This document shows positions 34,159 to 44,643 of a stretch of DNA of 64,000 bases, in pieces. Below the pieces are notes generated by a model. That model was not told the origin of the DNA and made no database searches. It was given only the letters and a program-made list of their open reading frames with translations. Position numbers and translations under genes: made by a program. How positions within the stretch are numbered: the stretch's first letter is position 1; every line of letters starts with the position of its first letter. The DNA is taken from NCBI GenBank assembly GCA_977018835.1, contig OZ361257.1, positions 2,666,001-2,730,000 on the forward strand. The letters are read 5' to 3'. The DNA is from Minutocellus sp. GHC0000111. Taxonomy: Eukaryota.

Positions 34159-35654
34159 ATGCAGCCGCAGCAAAATCACCCTCTCCGGCTGCGTGCGGGT
34201 GGTGCTGACGTTGCTGCTGCCGGTCATGCCGATGCCACCGCTGCTGCAGCAGCTGCCTACGATGCATCTCCATCCAAATCCACGCGGCCCAAGAGACCAC
34301 AGTCTGCTGCTCATACAATTGCCCTCGCATCATTCTTCGTTATTGCGGCGGCAATTCTACTATTGGCAAGACAAAGCCATAACCCAACGATAATGCCAAC
34401 CTCCTCGGCCCTCACAGCATCATTCATGCCGCCGTCCAAAGCCTGGCTCGACGGTACCAGGTTGGGCAATGTAGACGACGGCATATCAAAACAAGATGTT
34501 CAAAATCTCATCGCCGAGGGCGCCAAGAGTCACGATTCTTTCAGATCCATCATTGGCGAGTCCATCTGCTCGAAAAACAGTCCTGTGGCTCAAACTGTGC
34601 CCTCATTTGCTGACCTGGATGCATTGGCGCCAACCAGCACCACCGCCAACAATGTCAACCTTACCAGCACCGAGATATCTCAATTGATCTATCGGGCAAT
34701 GCATGAGAATCAGTACGGCCCGGCACGATATGAGGCCATCAATCGGCTTCAGCATTGGGATGAGTGGCTCGACCTGTCGACGGAAGTTGGCGTTGGTATG
34801 CTCGACTTTGAATGTCCATCGGCCAACTTTTTGCTCTTTGATGGCTTCACGCTTCCCGTCGGACTGGGATCGAATTTGAGACGATTTGGCAACGTCGACG
34901 TCTTTCGCACGGCGCTGAGTCACAACAGAGTATTTCTGTACGTAAATGGAGACCGACCAAATGCCTTCGCGAGCTGTGATCGAATGGATAAATGGAGGCG
35001 CGGTCGAGTCTTCATTCGTCAACAGCCTCGCCACAGCACTATCATCTGCCGACATTGAAATGAAAGTGGTTGATATGATTGGTGCAGCCGCGGAGCTCTT
35101 TATTACTCGTCCCAATCGGCGAATGAGAGGCATCATTGAGAAAGCTCTACGAGAGAGCTTCCCAATTGGGTTCGATCCGAACAAAGCAGTTGGGTTGCCA
35201 ATCCGTGCATCTGACAAATGCAAGAAAGAAGCCCAATGCATAAACTTTGGCGAATACATGGGGCAATTGCACTCACAATTTCCACTTTATGACATGAGAC
35301 GCATCGTGCTAACGTCGGAAGACGAAACGATTATCAAAGCGAGTGAATCTTATGCCGAAGAGCGCGATGAGGACTTCACTATCACAACAAATACATTTGA
35401 CGTGGCACAGGGGTCTGGTGCCTACAACGATCTTCCCCACAGTAAAAAAGACTACAGCAAAGAAGACATTCTTACGTCAACGATGACTTCGTGGGCATTC
35501 CAACTCGAGCCCGGGTATAGCTTTCTCAACTTTTGGCAGTAATTTTCATGTCGTGATTTTTAATAGCATCCGCTTTGGATGTGGCAGATCAAACTCGGCG
35601 TCAGTAAAGAAACAAAACATCACTTGTAACGTCGGGACAGGGGTTGTAAGATAA
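34159..35654 (+). pseudogene. Type II membrane glycosyltransferase (alpha-1,6-fucosyltransferase/GT23-like), disrupted
   Basis: TM anchor plus GLGSN, GLPIRASDKC, IVLTSED and DVAQGSG. Frame break with apparent sequence loss near 34995; an extra base near 35536, whose removal restores NFCSNFH...GCG. Confidence 0.6.
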
Positions 35655-35758
35655 TGGGGTTAGTATACATATGGTACTGTTACTGGTGCCTTTATTATCT
35701 ACTACGTAGGTATGCATATGCAGATCTAGGGCCCAAGGACTATGTCGAGACGCTATAT

Positions 35759-37243
35759 CTACACTTCTTCATGGCCAACGAGTGCATCTGCTGCATTAAC
35801 GCCAGCCATTCGGCCCATAGCAAGATCTCGCATGGTGTTGAAAGTCACATACGACGCATCCCCGTCTAAAATTTGTCCACAGAAATATAATCCGTCAGCC
35901 ACCTTACTTTTCAGTGTGGTCATATCGACTTCATTCAGTGCGACGCCCCCGGCGTTAATAAATGATCCGTCAGTTGCAGTATGCCTACCTTTGAATTCGA
36001 GCGGGAACGACACAATGAGATCTGCCAATGCACGAACCTTCTTAGGCGATAGCTTGCCCCAAGTTGCAACTGCCGTGGCACCGCACTGGATCACCATCTC
36101 CTCCCATACAGCAGGAGGAACGTAGGCGCTCTCAACGACACGAAAAGAGTCTGTTTCAAAGTCATACGAATCATAATCGATAAAACGATGAAAAAGGGGA
36201 CACTTCGCCCCCACAACTTCCCGAGGATGATCTTGTCGATGCTGCCATAGACACTCATATAATTTTTCGACCTTCCCCCCGAAGAGGTCTGGGCAACAAT
36301 GCATTAGAATTTGTCCTTCGCAACCCCTCCCTTTCAACTCATATGCAGCGATCGATGTCAAAGACAAAGTGGCCAGACCGCTCAAAATGATGCTGTCATC
36401 TTCACGAACAGTGAGTTCAACCGGTCCCTCGCTTTTCAAGACCCGTGGCCGTTTTTGGCCTTCTACTTTCACCTTGTAGCTCAATCGAACCTGCGGGAAA
36501 TGATATGTTTGGCCACCTGGCAAATCAAGCTGATCTGTCTTTAGCTTCAAGCCAAAGCAGGATCGCACGGGCTCAATGATCGCATGCCCCAGTGTTTTGG
36601 CAATATTGTGGCCGATTCTTGAATTGCCTGTCGCCAATATCACAACATCACACTCGTCAACGCCATCTACTCCGTTACTGCCGGTGCATTTGGTTGACAA
36701 GTAAAATTTATCCCCTTCTTCATTCCTGGAAATGGAAGTGACCTTTGAATTGGTCAATATCGTGATCCCGTGCGATTTCATCTCTTTAGCCAATGCATCT
36801 GCAAATGCATTCTTACTGGCATTACCACTGTCATCGTTTGGTATCATACTGCCATCTGCCTGAGTTACAAATGTCACGCCACGATGCTCAAACCAGCGTT
36901 GTTGCTCTGTCGGCGGAAAGTGTTTCGTAAATAACGAAGTGATTTCCTTTCTTCCACGAGGATACCCTGCATTCAACAACTCTCGCGGCTTCTTTGAGGT
37001 ATCATGCAGTACCCCGCCACCGGCATTGCTCTCCATCGCCCGAAGAATCGCATCGGTAGATTCAAACACTTTTATTTGAACATCTTTATCTGCTACCGAC
37101 GACGTCCGATGGGATGCTATGCGCTCGGCTGCCGATAATGCCCCAAAATTTCCGCCGCTCCCACCTCCAACGACAGCAATGGTCAGAGCGCTTGCTTCAT
37201 ACGATTCATAAAGGAATGCACACAGACAAAGAATCCGTCTCAT
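35759..37243 (-). CDS. HI0933/BaiN-like flavoprotein (NAD(P)/FAD oxidoreductase)
   Basis: IAVVGGGSGG, YPRG, VILATG, GGVALNEVD..TLKSK..DGLYFCGQILDGD. Confidence 0.85.
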   Translation of the reverse strand: MRRILCLCAFLYESYEASALTIAVVGGGSGGNFGALSAAERIASHRTSSVADKDVQIKVFESTDAILRAMESNAGGGVLHDTSKKPRELLNAGYPRGRKEITSLFTKHFPPTEQQRWFEHRGVTFVTQADGSMIPNDDSGNASKNAFADALAKEMKSHGITILTNSKVTSISRNEEGDKFYLSTKCTGSNGVDGVDECDVVILATGNSRIGHNIAKTLGHAIIEPVRSCFGLKLKTDQLDLPGGQTYHFPQVRLSYKVKVEGQKRPRVLKSEGPVELTVREDDSIILSGLATLSLTSIAAYELKGRGCEGQILMHCCPDLFGGKVEKLYECLWQHRQDHPREVVGAKCPLFHRFIDYDSYDFETDSFRVVESAYVPPAVWEEMVIQCGATAVATWGKLSPKKVRALADLIVSFPLEFKGRHTATDGSFINAGGVALNEVDMTTLKSKVADGLYFCGQILDGDASYVTFNTMRDLAMGRMAGVNAADALVGHEEV

Positions 37244-37533
37244 CTCCAGCTACATGTGGCTGAGTCTCAGGCTGAGTTTTGTCTTTTTATGCTTGGTGCT
37301 TGGTCGAAGGCCGGACACACTCCCAACCGAATTTTCCCTTATTTTACCTCAACTCTTCACTAGAGGAGTGCTTTCAATCAGAAAGGAGGGGATCGCAGTG
37401 TCGCAGTGCATGTTAGTGTTGCAGTGTGCCGAATTCAATGATTCCACTCGTCGTAAACTACTTTTTTTATGTGTTATGAAATACGTGAATTGTCCGATTG
37501 TTCTTCTCGATCATCGATATTCTGCCATTGATC

Positions 37534-40211
37534 TTATTTCTCTCCCTCCTCAACTTCTCCATCCTCACTCGGCTCACTGTCGATCGAGTCGTCATCTTTC
37601 TTATCCGGTTGACCGTTAATCATTCCTAAAATAGAACCGATAATCGATCCAGACTGACTTTGCTCCTCTTCATCAGCACTCGGAGCTTCTGAAATGGTAT
37701 CGATGGTGTTGTCCTGTGCGGTAGTGCCAGCAGCGATGGGAACGGCACTGACAGGATTAAGCACACCAATCATCTCCTGGAGAGCCTGTTCGGGATTCTT
37801 GCCCTTCGGCTGGACGTCAGAATCATCGTCGTCATCATCATTGCGCTGGTACATCGTCTTGGGATCAAGGGACGTAGCAGACGATTGCTGCTGCTTTCTC
37901 GTACCACTTCCTCCCGAGGAGGCCTTCCAGACCTTCTTGAAATCCTCGGCATCAACCTGAGTATCCACCTCATCGACTTGCAGCACGTTGCTGACCTTGA
38001 TGTCCTCTAGCGCGCTGGCATTGTCATTGAGGCTGGATTCAGCGATGCTACCCTCGTCTCGGCTCTGGCCAGCTCCTCCTGCAGGAATCTCAACCTCCTC
38101 GAGGGCGCGGATAGTGCCCATCAACTCAACATTGCGCCGACCGAGCAGACCCGCCTTGCCAGAGGACTGTCTCTCACCAGAAGCCCTGAAGGAAGAATCA
38201 TCAGTCGTAGAGTATCCAGAGGCCATGTGACCGCCTTCCATCATGGACCAATCGCTTCGGCCACCAACACTGCTGTCCATAACAGAATCCATCACAGACT
38301 CACCAGCATGAGACTCAGAGTAGCCAACGGAGTAGTCGCCAACTTCACTTTGCTGCTCATATGAGTTATCAAGTGCTTGCGTCTTGGCTGGCGATGGGCC
38401 GATGCCAAGTCCGCCCTTGTCATTCTTGTCATGCTTCTCATTGTTGTACAGATCGTCCGCGCCTTCCTCGACGGGTCTCTGCGAGATGAGCTTGTTGCCT
38501 TCCTTCTGACGCTGTCTGCGGATAAAGATGAAGGCACCGAGTCCGAGAAGGAGGACACACCCAACAATGACGGCAACGAGGGCGATGATACCAACCGAAA
38601 CACCATCGTTGTCAGAGGACTGGGCAGTGGCGCCTCCACCTTCGGCAGGTGCAAGGAGATCACCAGGTTGACCAGCCGACGTCGACTGCGCAGCTTGGAG
38701 GATGGGATCGCCAGACTCAATGAGCCGTTCGGTGAATTCATCGCTATCCAGAGCCTTGATAGCAGCCTTACCAAGATCCTTGGACTGGGGCAGCTGATGC
38801 TGGCGGACAAAGTCACCATAAAATACGGCCTGGCCGGCAAATCGGTACGAAACGGTCGTCATGCCATCCTCCTCGGTTTCATCGACAAAGTCCGATCGTA
38901 GGTCGATGCCGTTGAAGGTCTCAGGATATTTCTTCTGGAACTTTTCTTCCACCATCTCCTCAACGACGCGATTCACCTCCTTCTTTTCGATATTTTTCAG
39001 CCAATAGCAGGTAGCGATTGGCAAGACCATGCTGCGCTCCCAATCGACGAGTGGGGGTGAGAAACGTAATACCAACGACGAAAGGGGGTACGGCCACACC
39101 AATGTCCTCCGGCTCAAAAACAACTACCGGTGCCTTGGTAGGGGCCGAAGTTTCCACCATTTCCGGCTCCTTCGGGCCCCACCAATCATCTATGGGCGCA
39201 GTGGGTGAGGCGACAGCAGTCTCGGCTGCCTCCTTGGTGGGCTCCAGTGTTGGCTCAAGCGTAGGAGAGCCAGTCTGCACGGCAGCTTTTTGAGCAGCAG
39301 TTGGAGACTTGGTAGGGGCAGACGTGGGCTTCTGGGAGGGTGCCATGGTCGGCTTCTTCGTCGTGGGAGACTTGGTCGGCATGTTCGTCGGCTTGTTGGT
39401 GGGCTTAATCGTCGGCTTGTCGGTACTGACAACGGGAGGGATGACCTCCTGGGTAACAACCTCATCGTCAGGATCGTAGCAATAATCTGCACCGCTCTTG
39501 GCAGCAGACCCATCGCCACAGCCGGGAACGTCCTCATCGTCCTCGCGCTTGAAGCACTGCAAATTGCTGGAACAGTCATCGTCATCGTCGCAATCTCCAG
39601 AGCACTTTCCATGGCCCTTGAAGCCGTCGCCGAGGTACTCGAGCTCGTCAAAGTCCTTGCCCAGGTTGGAGGGCTCTTCCTTTGCATCGGGATCTTCGAT
39701 GCAGTAATCTACGTCGGGGATACCATCGCCACGGCAGCCAGGAACGCTCTTCGTGCCATCACTGCAGTGAAAGGGAAGTATGATCAATCGCAGTCAAACG
39801 GAACAGGTGAATATCGCATGGAATGATGTGAGCAATGGAACAGAAAAGAACATTTTATATTGCCGAAGAAATAATGACGCATGAATGTACATTTGTATGT
39901 GCTCGAAACAGTACCAACACCAGCGAAAAGCGACCCAAGCAGCCCAGAAATACTCACCGTTGGAAACAAACGAGCCCGTCCTCGCAGTCCCGGTCACGGT
40001 CACAATCTCCCTCGCAGAGGCCCCACTCGTCACGGTCGTTGCCACGAAAGTCGAGAGACTGGAGGACGCGGGAGAACAGCGGGAGGTCGGACTTGCGCGG
40101 ATGAGTCTTGAGGAAGGGGCGGGAGTCGACGTCGGCGGAGTCCGCAACAGCGCCAGATACGGTCGACGCGACGACCGCCAGAACGGCCAGGGCATGCATG
40201 GTGCACTTCAT
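37534..40211 (-). CDS. Type I membrane/cell-surface protein with diatom CEGDCD cysteine repeats, PT-rich stalk and TM; intron 39957-39762; 1-nt frameshift in A-run near 38995
   Basis: Signal peptide; GLCEGDCDRDRDCEDGLVCFQR and CSGDCDDDDDCSSNLQCFKR; KPT/SPT repeats; TM IIALVAVIVGCVLLLGLGAFIFI. Confidence 0.75.
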
Positions 40212-41023
40212 GGTCGGGAAGGAACAATTAGGGGCGGCCAAGGACTGTTGTTTGGTTTGTGGCGGGCTACAATCGGTCAGAAGAATTTAGACCGATGTGT
40301 TCTATCGCTTCGATTGACAATCAGGGAGGCCAGCGTGCAATCTGAAGGGCCCGGAGCTAAATATCAGATGAAGGACCACAGGTGCCTGGATTGTTGCTGC
40401 AAGGCAGGCCACAGCTGCTTCGGTATTGCGGTCGTGCTGAGCAATAATTCAATGGTATCAATTGCTCTTGTTTGCGCCGGCGCGGGATCCCGCAAAGTGA
40501 AATCTCATCATTGTAAAAACACCCGGATTATTTTTTTCCGTTGGAGTGAAAAATTGGATGATGTGGAATGATGTCGATAATACATCACGGAAACCATACG
40601 TAACCACGGACTCTCCGTGACGTAAAATGCTTTTCCACGCGGCCGCACCGCACCATGTGTTTCGAAAGCAGCAGCAGCAGAAAGCAGCAGCGCAATGCGC
40701 CAAATGTCGAGAGAAATGCCAATGTTTAGCTTGCAATTCCAGCGGAAGTTGGTTGAATTACACCAATCCACCACCAAATATTGACAATCCACTATGTGTT
40801 TGTCTCGTGGTTGGCTCCCGGGCCAATTCTCGTTTGTCCAATGACCAACTGAGCAAATGGATTTGAAGTAAATTAGAGTTCCTATTATAAAGTCAGCAGA
40901 AGAGTGGGCTTAACTTAGAGGGAGCCGTGCTCGATGAACACGTGCACTGCCAACGGATAAAACCGTCAAAACCGTACGTGATCTGAACCCATGCCATGCC
41001 ACCCCCCCCGAACCATGAAGCGC

Positions 41024-41165
41024 CTAAGCCGAGCCTTTCATCCTTGCCTTGAACTCAGCAGCCGATTCTCTGTTCTTGTCTTTCCACATGCCTTTGCCCT
41101 TCTCTCTCGCCTTCTCCTCCATCTCGATATATTTTCCCTTGCCCTTGGGTCCGTACACAGCGCCC
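41024..41165 (-). pseudogene. C-terminal fragment of a staphylococcal-nuclease-like (LCL3-type) gene
   Basis: GAVYGPKGKGKYIEMEEKAREKGKGMWKDKNRESAAEFKARMK matches the SNase C-terminal AR..K.GMW pattern. The rest of the gene is not present upstream. Confidence 0.55.
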
Positions 41166-41260
41166 GACGACGCGACGTCACAAGCAAACCTCCAGCCAGC
41201 GAAGCCGAGGCAAGGAACCTTTCTATTTCCTGGTCTGCCACACCAGAACAATAAGTAATC

Positions 41261-42652
41261 ATGGGCTTCTCTTACGAAGGTGACGACGAGATGGTCATGG
41301 GAGATGATGTCCACATGCGAGCGGCACTTCTGACGGGTGACATACCGGGCTTGCCGGCTGATTGCCTGCCGTCGGACGATCATGCTGGAATGTTGAAACA
41401 CTCCGACTCCACAGCCAACGAAGCCAAGGACGTAGCACGTGGGTTGGGGAGGGAGCTGTCGGTTCGTCTGTCTCACACCGTAGTGCCGGCGCCGAATTTC
41501 GACGCAAGACGACCAAGCGTTGCCTTTCGGCAGGGCGAAGTCGAGGTCCTAACCAAGATCCTGGATGAGGTGGATCGGACGGCAGCCAAACGAATGAAGG
41601 AGGGATTCAATGAGCTCAGCTTCACGCTCGGCGTGCTCAATTCGTTCTTTATTTTCTTTGTCTTTGGGCACTCTCCCCAACATTTCTGGTTGCTCTATTT
41701 GATTGAGACCATGATCTTCGTCCCCTCGAAATTCGCTTCTATGTTGAAAGCCCGCCCCCTTTGTGAAATCTTCTACTATTTCGACCTCTGTTGGTTCCTC
41801 AACTTCGTGGCCATGTCCGCCCTGGTCCTTTTTCCTGTTGCCTATGCGTTCGATGCCATCATCTGTACCGATCTTCGACGGCACATCTATTTGGCAGCTT
41901 TGGGAGCGGGTTGTGGCCCACTTCTTGGCGCTACGGCGGTATTGCCGTTCGTTTCTTTCTTATTTCATGATTACCGAACGATGACGGGCCTGTTTATTCA
42001 TCTGCTGCCTCCAATGGTAATCTACACTCTTCGTTGGCATTGGACGGAAATGCACGAAGCGTGGCCAAATTTGTTTGACTTGAGCTATATTGAAGATGAT
42101 CAAGTGAAATTCTTTCCCGAGAATGGTCCATTCTTCCTGCCGGGGACGGGGCTGGGTTCAGTTGCCGGCAATGGAATAGCTCTCTACTTTTTGTGGTTCA
42201 TTCCCTACGTAATTTGGATGGTAACGATTGGGCTTGATTTGCCCCGGACTAATCGTCGTCGAAAGAAGAGAGACGGAACACCTTACCCATCAAAGTATGA
42301 CACAGTCTTCCATTCAACCGTTCGTGGTGGGCTCGCCATCTTGATTGGGAAGGTCTGTTGGGGTAGACCACGAGAAGTCAGCATCAAACAAATGGAGGAA
42401 AATGATTTCGAGCTGAGGGATTTCCTCATGTACATGCTTGCTCACATGGTGGCCGCGGTATTGTCTATTTACGTTATTGCCTATCCATGCTTCATCTCAA
42501 AGGAAGCACATCTTTGCATTATCGCTGGCTTGGTCTTCCTTTGCACGCATCGGGGTAGTAAACGTTATACGTATTATTCAACATCTATGTATGGGAGAAT
42601 GATCCGAAAGAACTTTGATGACCTAATGGCCACGGATGCCAAATCAAAGTGA
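41261..42652 (+). CDS. GPCAT: Glycerophosphocholine acyltransferase (GPC1/GPCAT, DUF2838 family)
   Basis: Multi-TM protein with FTLGVLN, YYFDLCWFLN, FHD...TGLFIHLLPPMVIYTLRW and GSKRYTYY. Confidence 0.72.
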   Translation: MGFSYEGDDEMVMGDDVHMRAALLTGDIPGLPADCLPSDDHAGMLKHSDSTANEAKDVARGLGRELSVRLSHTVVPAPNFDARRPSVAFRQGEVEVLTKILDEVDRTAAKRMKEGFNELSFTLGVLNSFFIFFVFGHSPQHFWLLYLIETMIFVPSKFASMLKARPLCEIFYYFDLCWFLNFVAMSALVLFPVAYAFDAIICTDLRRHIYLAALGAGCGPLLGATAVLPFVSFLFHDYRTMTGLFIHLLPPMVIYTLRWHWTEMHEAWPNLFDLSYIEDDQVKFFPENGPFFLPGTGLGSVAGNGIALYFLWFIPYVIWMVTIGLDLPRTNRRRKKRDGTPYPSKYDTVFHSTVRGGLAILIGKVCWGRPREVSIKQMEENDFELRDFLMYMLAHMVAAVLSIYVIAYPCFISKEAHLCIIAGLVFLCTHRGSKRYTYYSTSMYGRMIRKNFDDLMATDAKSK

Positions 42653-42704
42653 GATAAATCAAATGTAATGGTAATCCAGGTTTATTAGTAATCATGATGC
42701 GATT

Positions 42705-44321
42705 TTAGTCCCCATCGGCCATGCTCCGTCGCAGCGGTGCATCAAACCCACAAAAATAAGCATATGTCAAGATGGACACAAGCATCATGAGGATGACATC
42801 GCCGCGGATGTCACTCTCCAGAAAGGGTACGTTGGGCAGTAATGTGTAATCCAGTTTGGCCGCTCTCCCCGCCACTGGAACCAGCAACGCCGAGCAAAAG
42901 TTGCCGCCAAATTGCTGAACACTCTCTACGGCCGTCTCATCTCCTGGAAAGGTCACATCCACTGCGAGTTCTGCATTGATCGGCTGGACAGGTCCTACAA
43001 AGAACCCCAGCATTAAGAGTGATATCACCAATATGACCGGCTCTTGTCCAAATTGATGCTCGGTTAACCCGAGGGGCAGAATAAATATCAGCGAAAGTGC
43101 GATACAGGCCAGCGTTACCTTCTTGTACTCCTTGGTTCTATCAACGTACTGTCCGAGAATAATACCACCTAACACAATGGCACATTCGAATCCCGCACCG
43201 GCCCATGCCACCGCCCGTCGATCAGTGACGCCACCCCTCTCCATTACTTCATCGATGAAGGCACCGACGACATTGGTAATGGCAATGCTGCAAATAAAGG
43301 CCACCAGCGGTCGGGTGAAGCCAGGTGTTGAGAAGAAGCTCTTGACGGATACACGAAATGGTGGTTCGTGGTGCTGGCCCTTTTGCAACTTTTCAATCTC
43401 CGAGGCTGATGGCGGCACCGGCGGTAGGTCCTGAAAGTGCCAAAATGTACCGATGGAAGCCACCGAGCACAGCAACGCAATGAGCGTAAAGTACCAGCGA
43501 ATTCCATCCAGAACATCGGCCATCTTGCCGCCCACCAAAAATGCCGTTGCAATTCCAACCTGGTTGAAATTCAGTGCAATGGCTGTGGATGTAGCCCGTT
43601 CGTTGGAGGCGAACCACTGAGCCGACAACAGAGGTGGTGTGCACTGAAAGAATGGCTGCGCTGCACCCACCATGAGCGTCCCGATGAGAATCACCGGATA
43701 CGGAGGCAGCCCAAACAACGGCACGCCAAACACCTTGGTGTCCATAAAGGTAAAGTTCTCTCGTATGCCCAACATCTCAAACAAGATGGGAACGGCACAC
43801 AATCCTGAGCGCAGCCAGGTTCCCACCGCCATGAGCGCACTGCTGGCCTTGATGCACCGTTGCAAACCAAATCGCGCCACGACGTCCGTCACCATCAGGC
43901 AACTCAGTACATTCATGAGCAAAAACTTGTCTATTAAACCATCCGATGTCCGACCGGGATACGCCTCCTCGAAAATGTCGGGAACGCTTGCCGTTGAGAA
44001 ACATATCCAATCGCTAAGCAAGGCCAGCGTCGAGAGATATCCCAGCTGCACCCAGCGCTGCCGGAAGACTTGCGGCTGCAATTGTCTTGTGCGGGGTGAT
44101 GACGAGGACGAGGGGAGCAGACCGCTGGCTCCCGGACCATCGTCGGATGCGGTGAGCAGTGGTCCGTGCAGGGAGAATTCCTCGTCGTCGCTGTCGATGT
44201 CGTCACTGTCGTCATAATAATCGCTCTTGTGCGTCTTTTGGCCGAAGTCAATCTTTTGCATCTCAACGTCGCCGTTCGACGCCGAAGCGCCGCCACCATT
44301 TCGGTCGGCAAACATGATCAT
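42705..44321 (-). CDS. FLVCR/SLC49-like MFS transporter
   Basis: QRWVQL, PPLLSAQWFASNERATSTAIALNFNQVGIATAFL, PPVPPS, ELAVDVTFP. Confidence 0.85.
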   Translation of the reverse strand: MIMFADRNGGGASASNGDVEMQKIDFGQKTHKSDYYDDSDDIDSDDEEFSLHGPLLTASDDGPGASGLLPSSSSSPRTRQLQPQVFRQRWVQLGYLSTLALLSDWICFSTASVPDIFEEAYPGRTSDGLIDKFLLMNVLSCLMVTDVVARFGLQRCIKASSALMAVGTWLRSGLCAVPILFEMLGIRENFTFMDTKVFGVPLFGLPPYPVILIGTLMVGAAQPFFQCTPPLLSAQWFASNERATSTAIALNFNQVGIATAFLVGGKMADVLDGIRWYFTLIALLCSVASIGTFWHFQDLPPVPPSASEIEKLQKGQHHEPPFRVSVKSFFSTPGFTRPLVAFICSIAITNVVGAFIDEVMERGGVTDRRAVAWAGAGFECAIVLGGIILGQYVDRTKEYKKVTLACIALSLIFILPLGLTEHQFGQEPVILVISLLMLGFFVGPVQPINAELAVDVTFPGDETAVESVQQFGGNFCSALLVPVAGRAAKLDYTLLPNVPFLESDIRGDVILMMLVSILTYAYFCGFDAPLRRSMADGD

Positions 44322-44643
44322 GCCGCGTTTGTCTGATGAATAATATTTGGGTACCTGCGATAGCAGGAATGCTGGCGTTGTTCTTCGCCGCTCGTTCCGC
44401 CTCTTCGCTTCCCGGGCCTACTCTTGCCTTATCTTTCCTCTTTCGACAAAAACGGTGCACACGCACGTACACTTGGGAGTTCGTACGTAGATACGTACGA
44501 ACTCAAGCTACGCACAACTTGTGCCGCTTCAGGTTCGCATTTTCGCTCCTGGCACAGTTGCTCGCCACTTTTTCACTTGCTTTGTGTCGTTGCTTGGTGG
44601 GAATCAATGGCGTTGAGCAATCGCTGAAGTCAGGTACTACGCC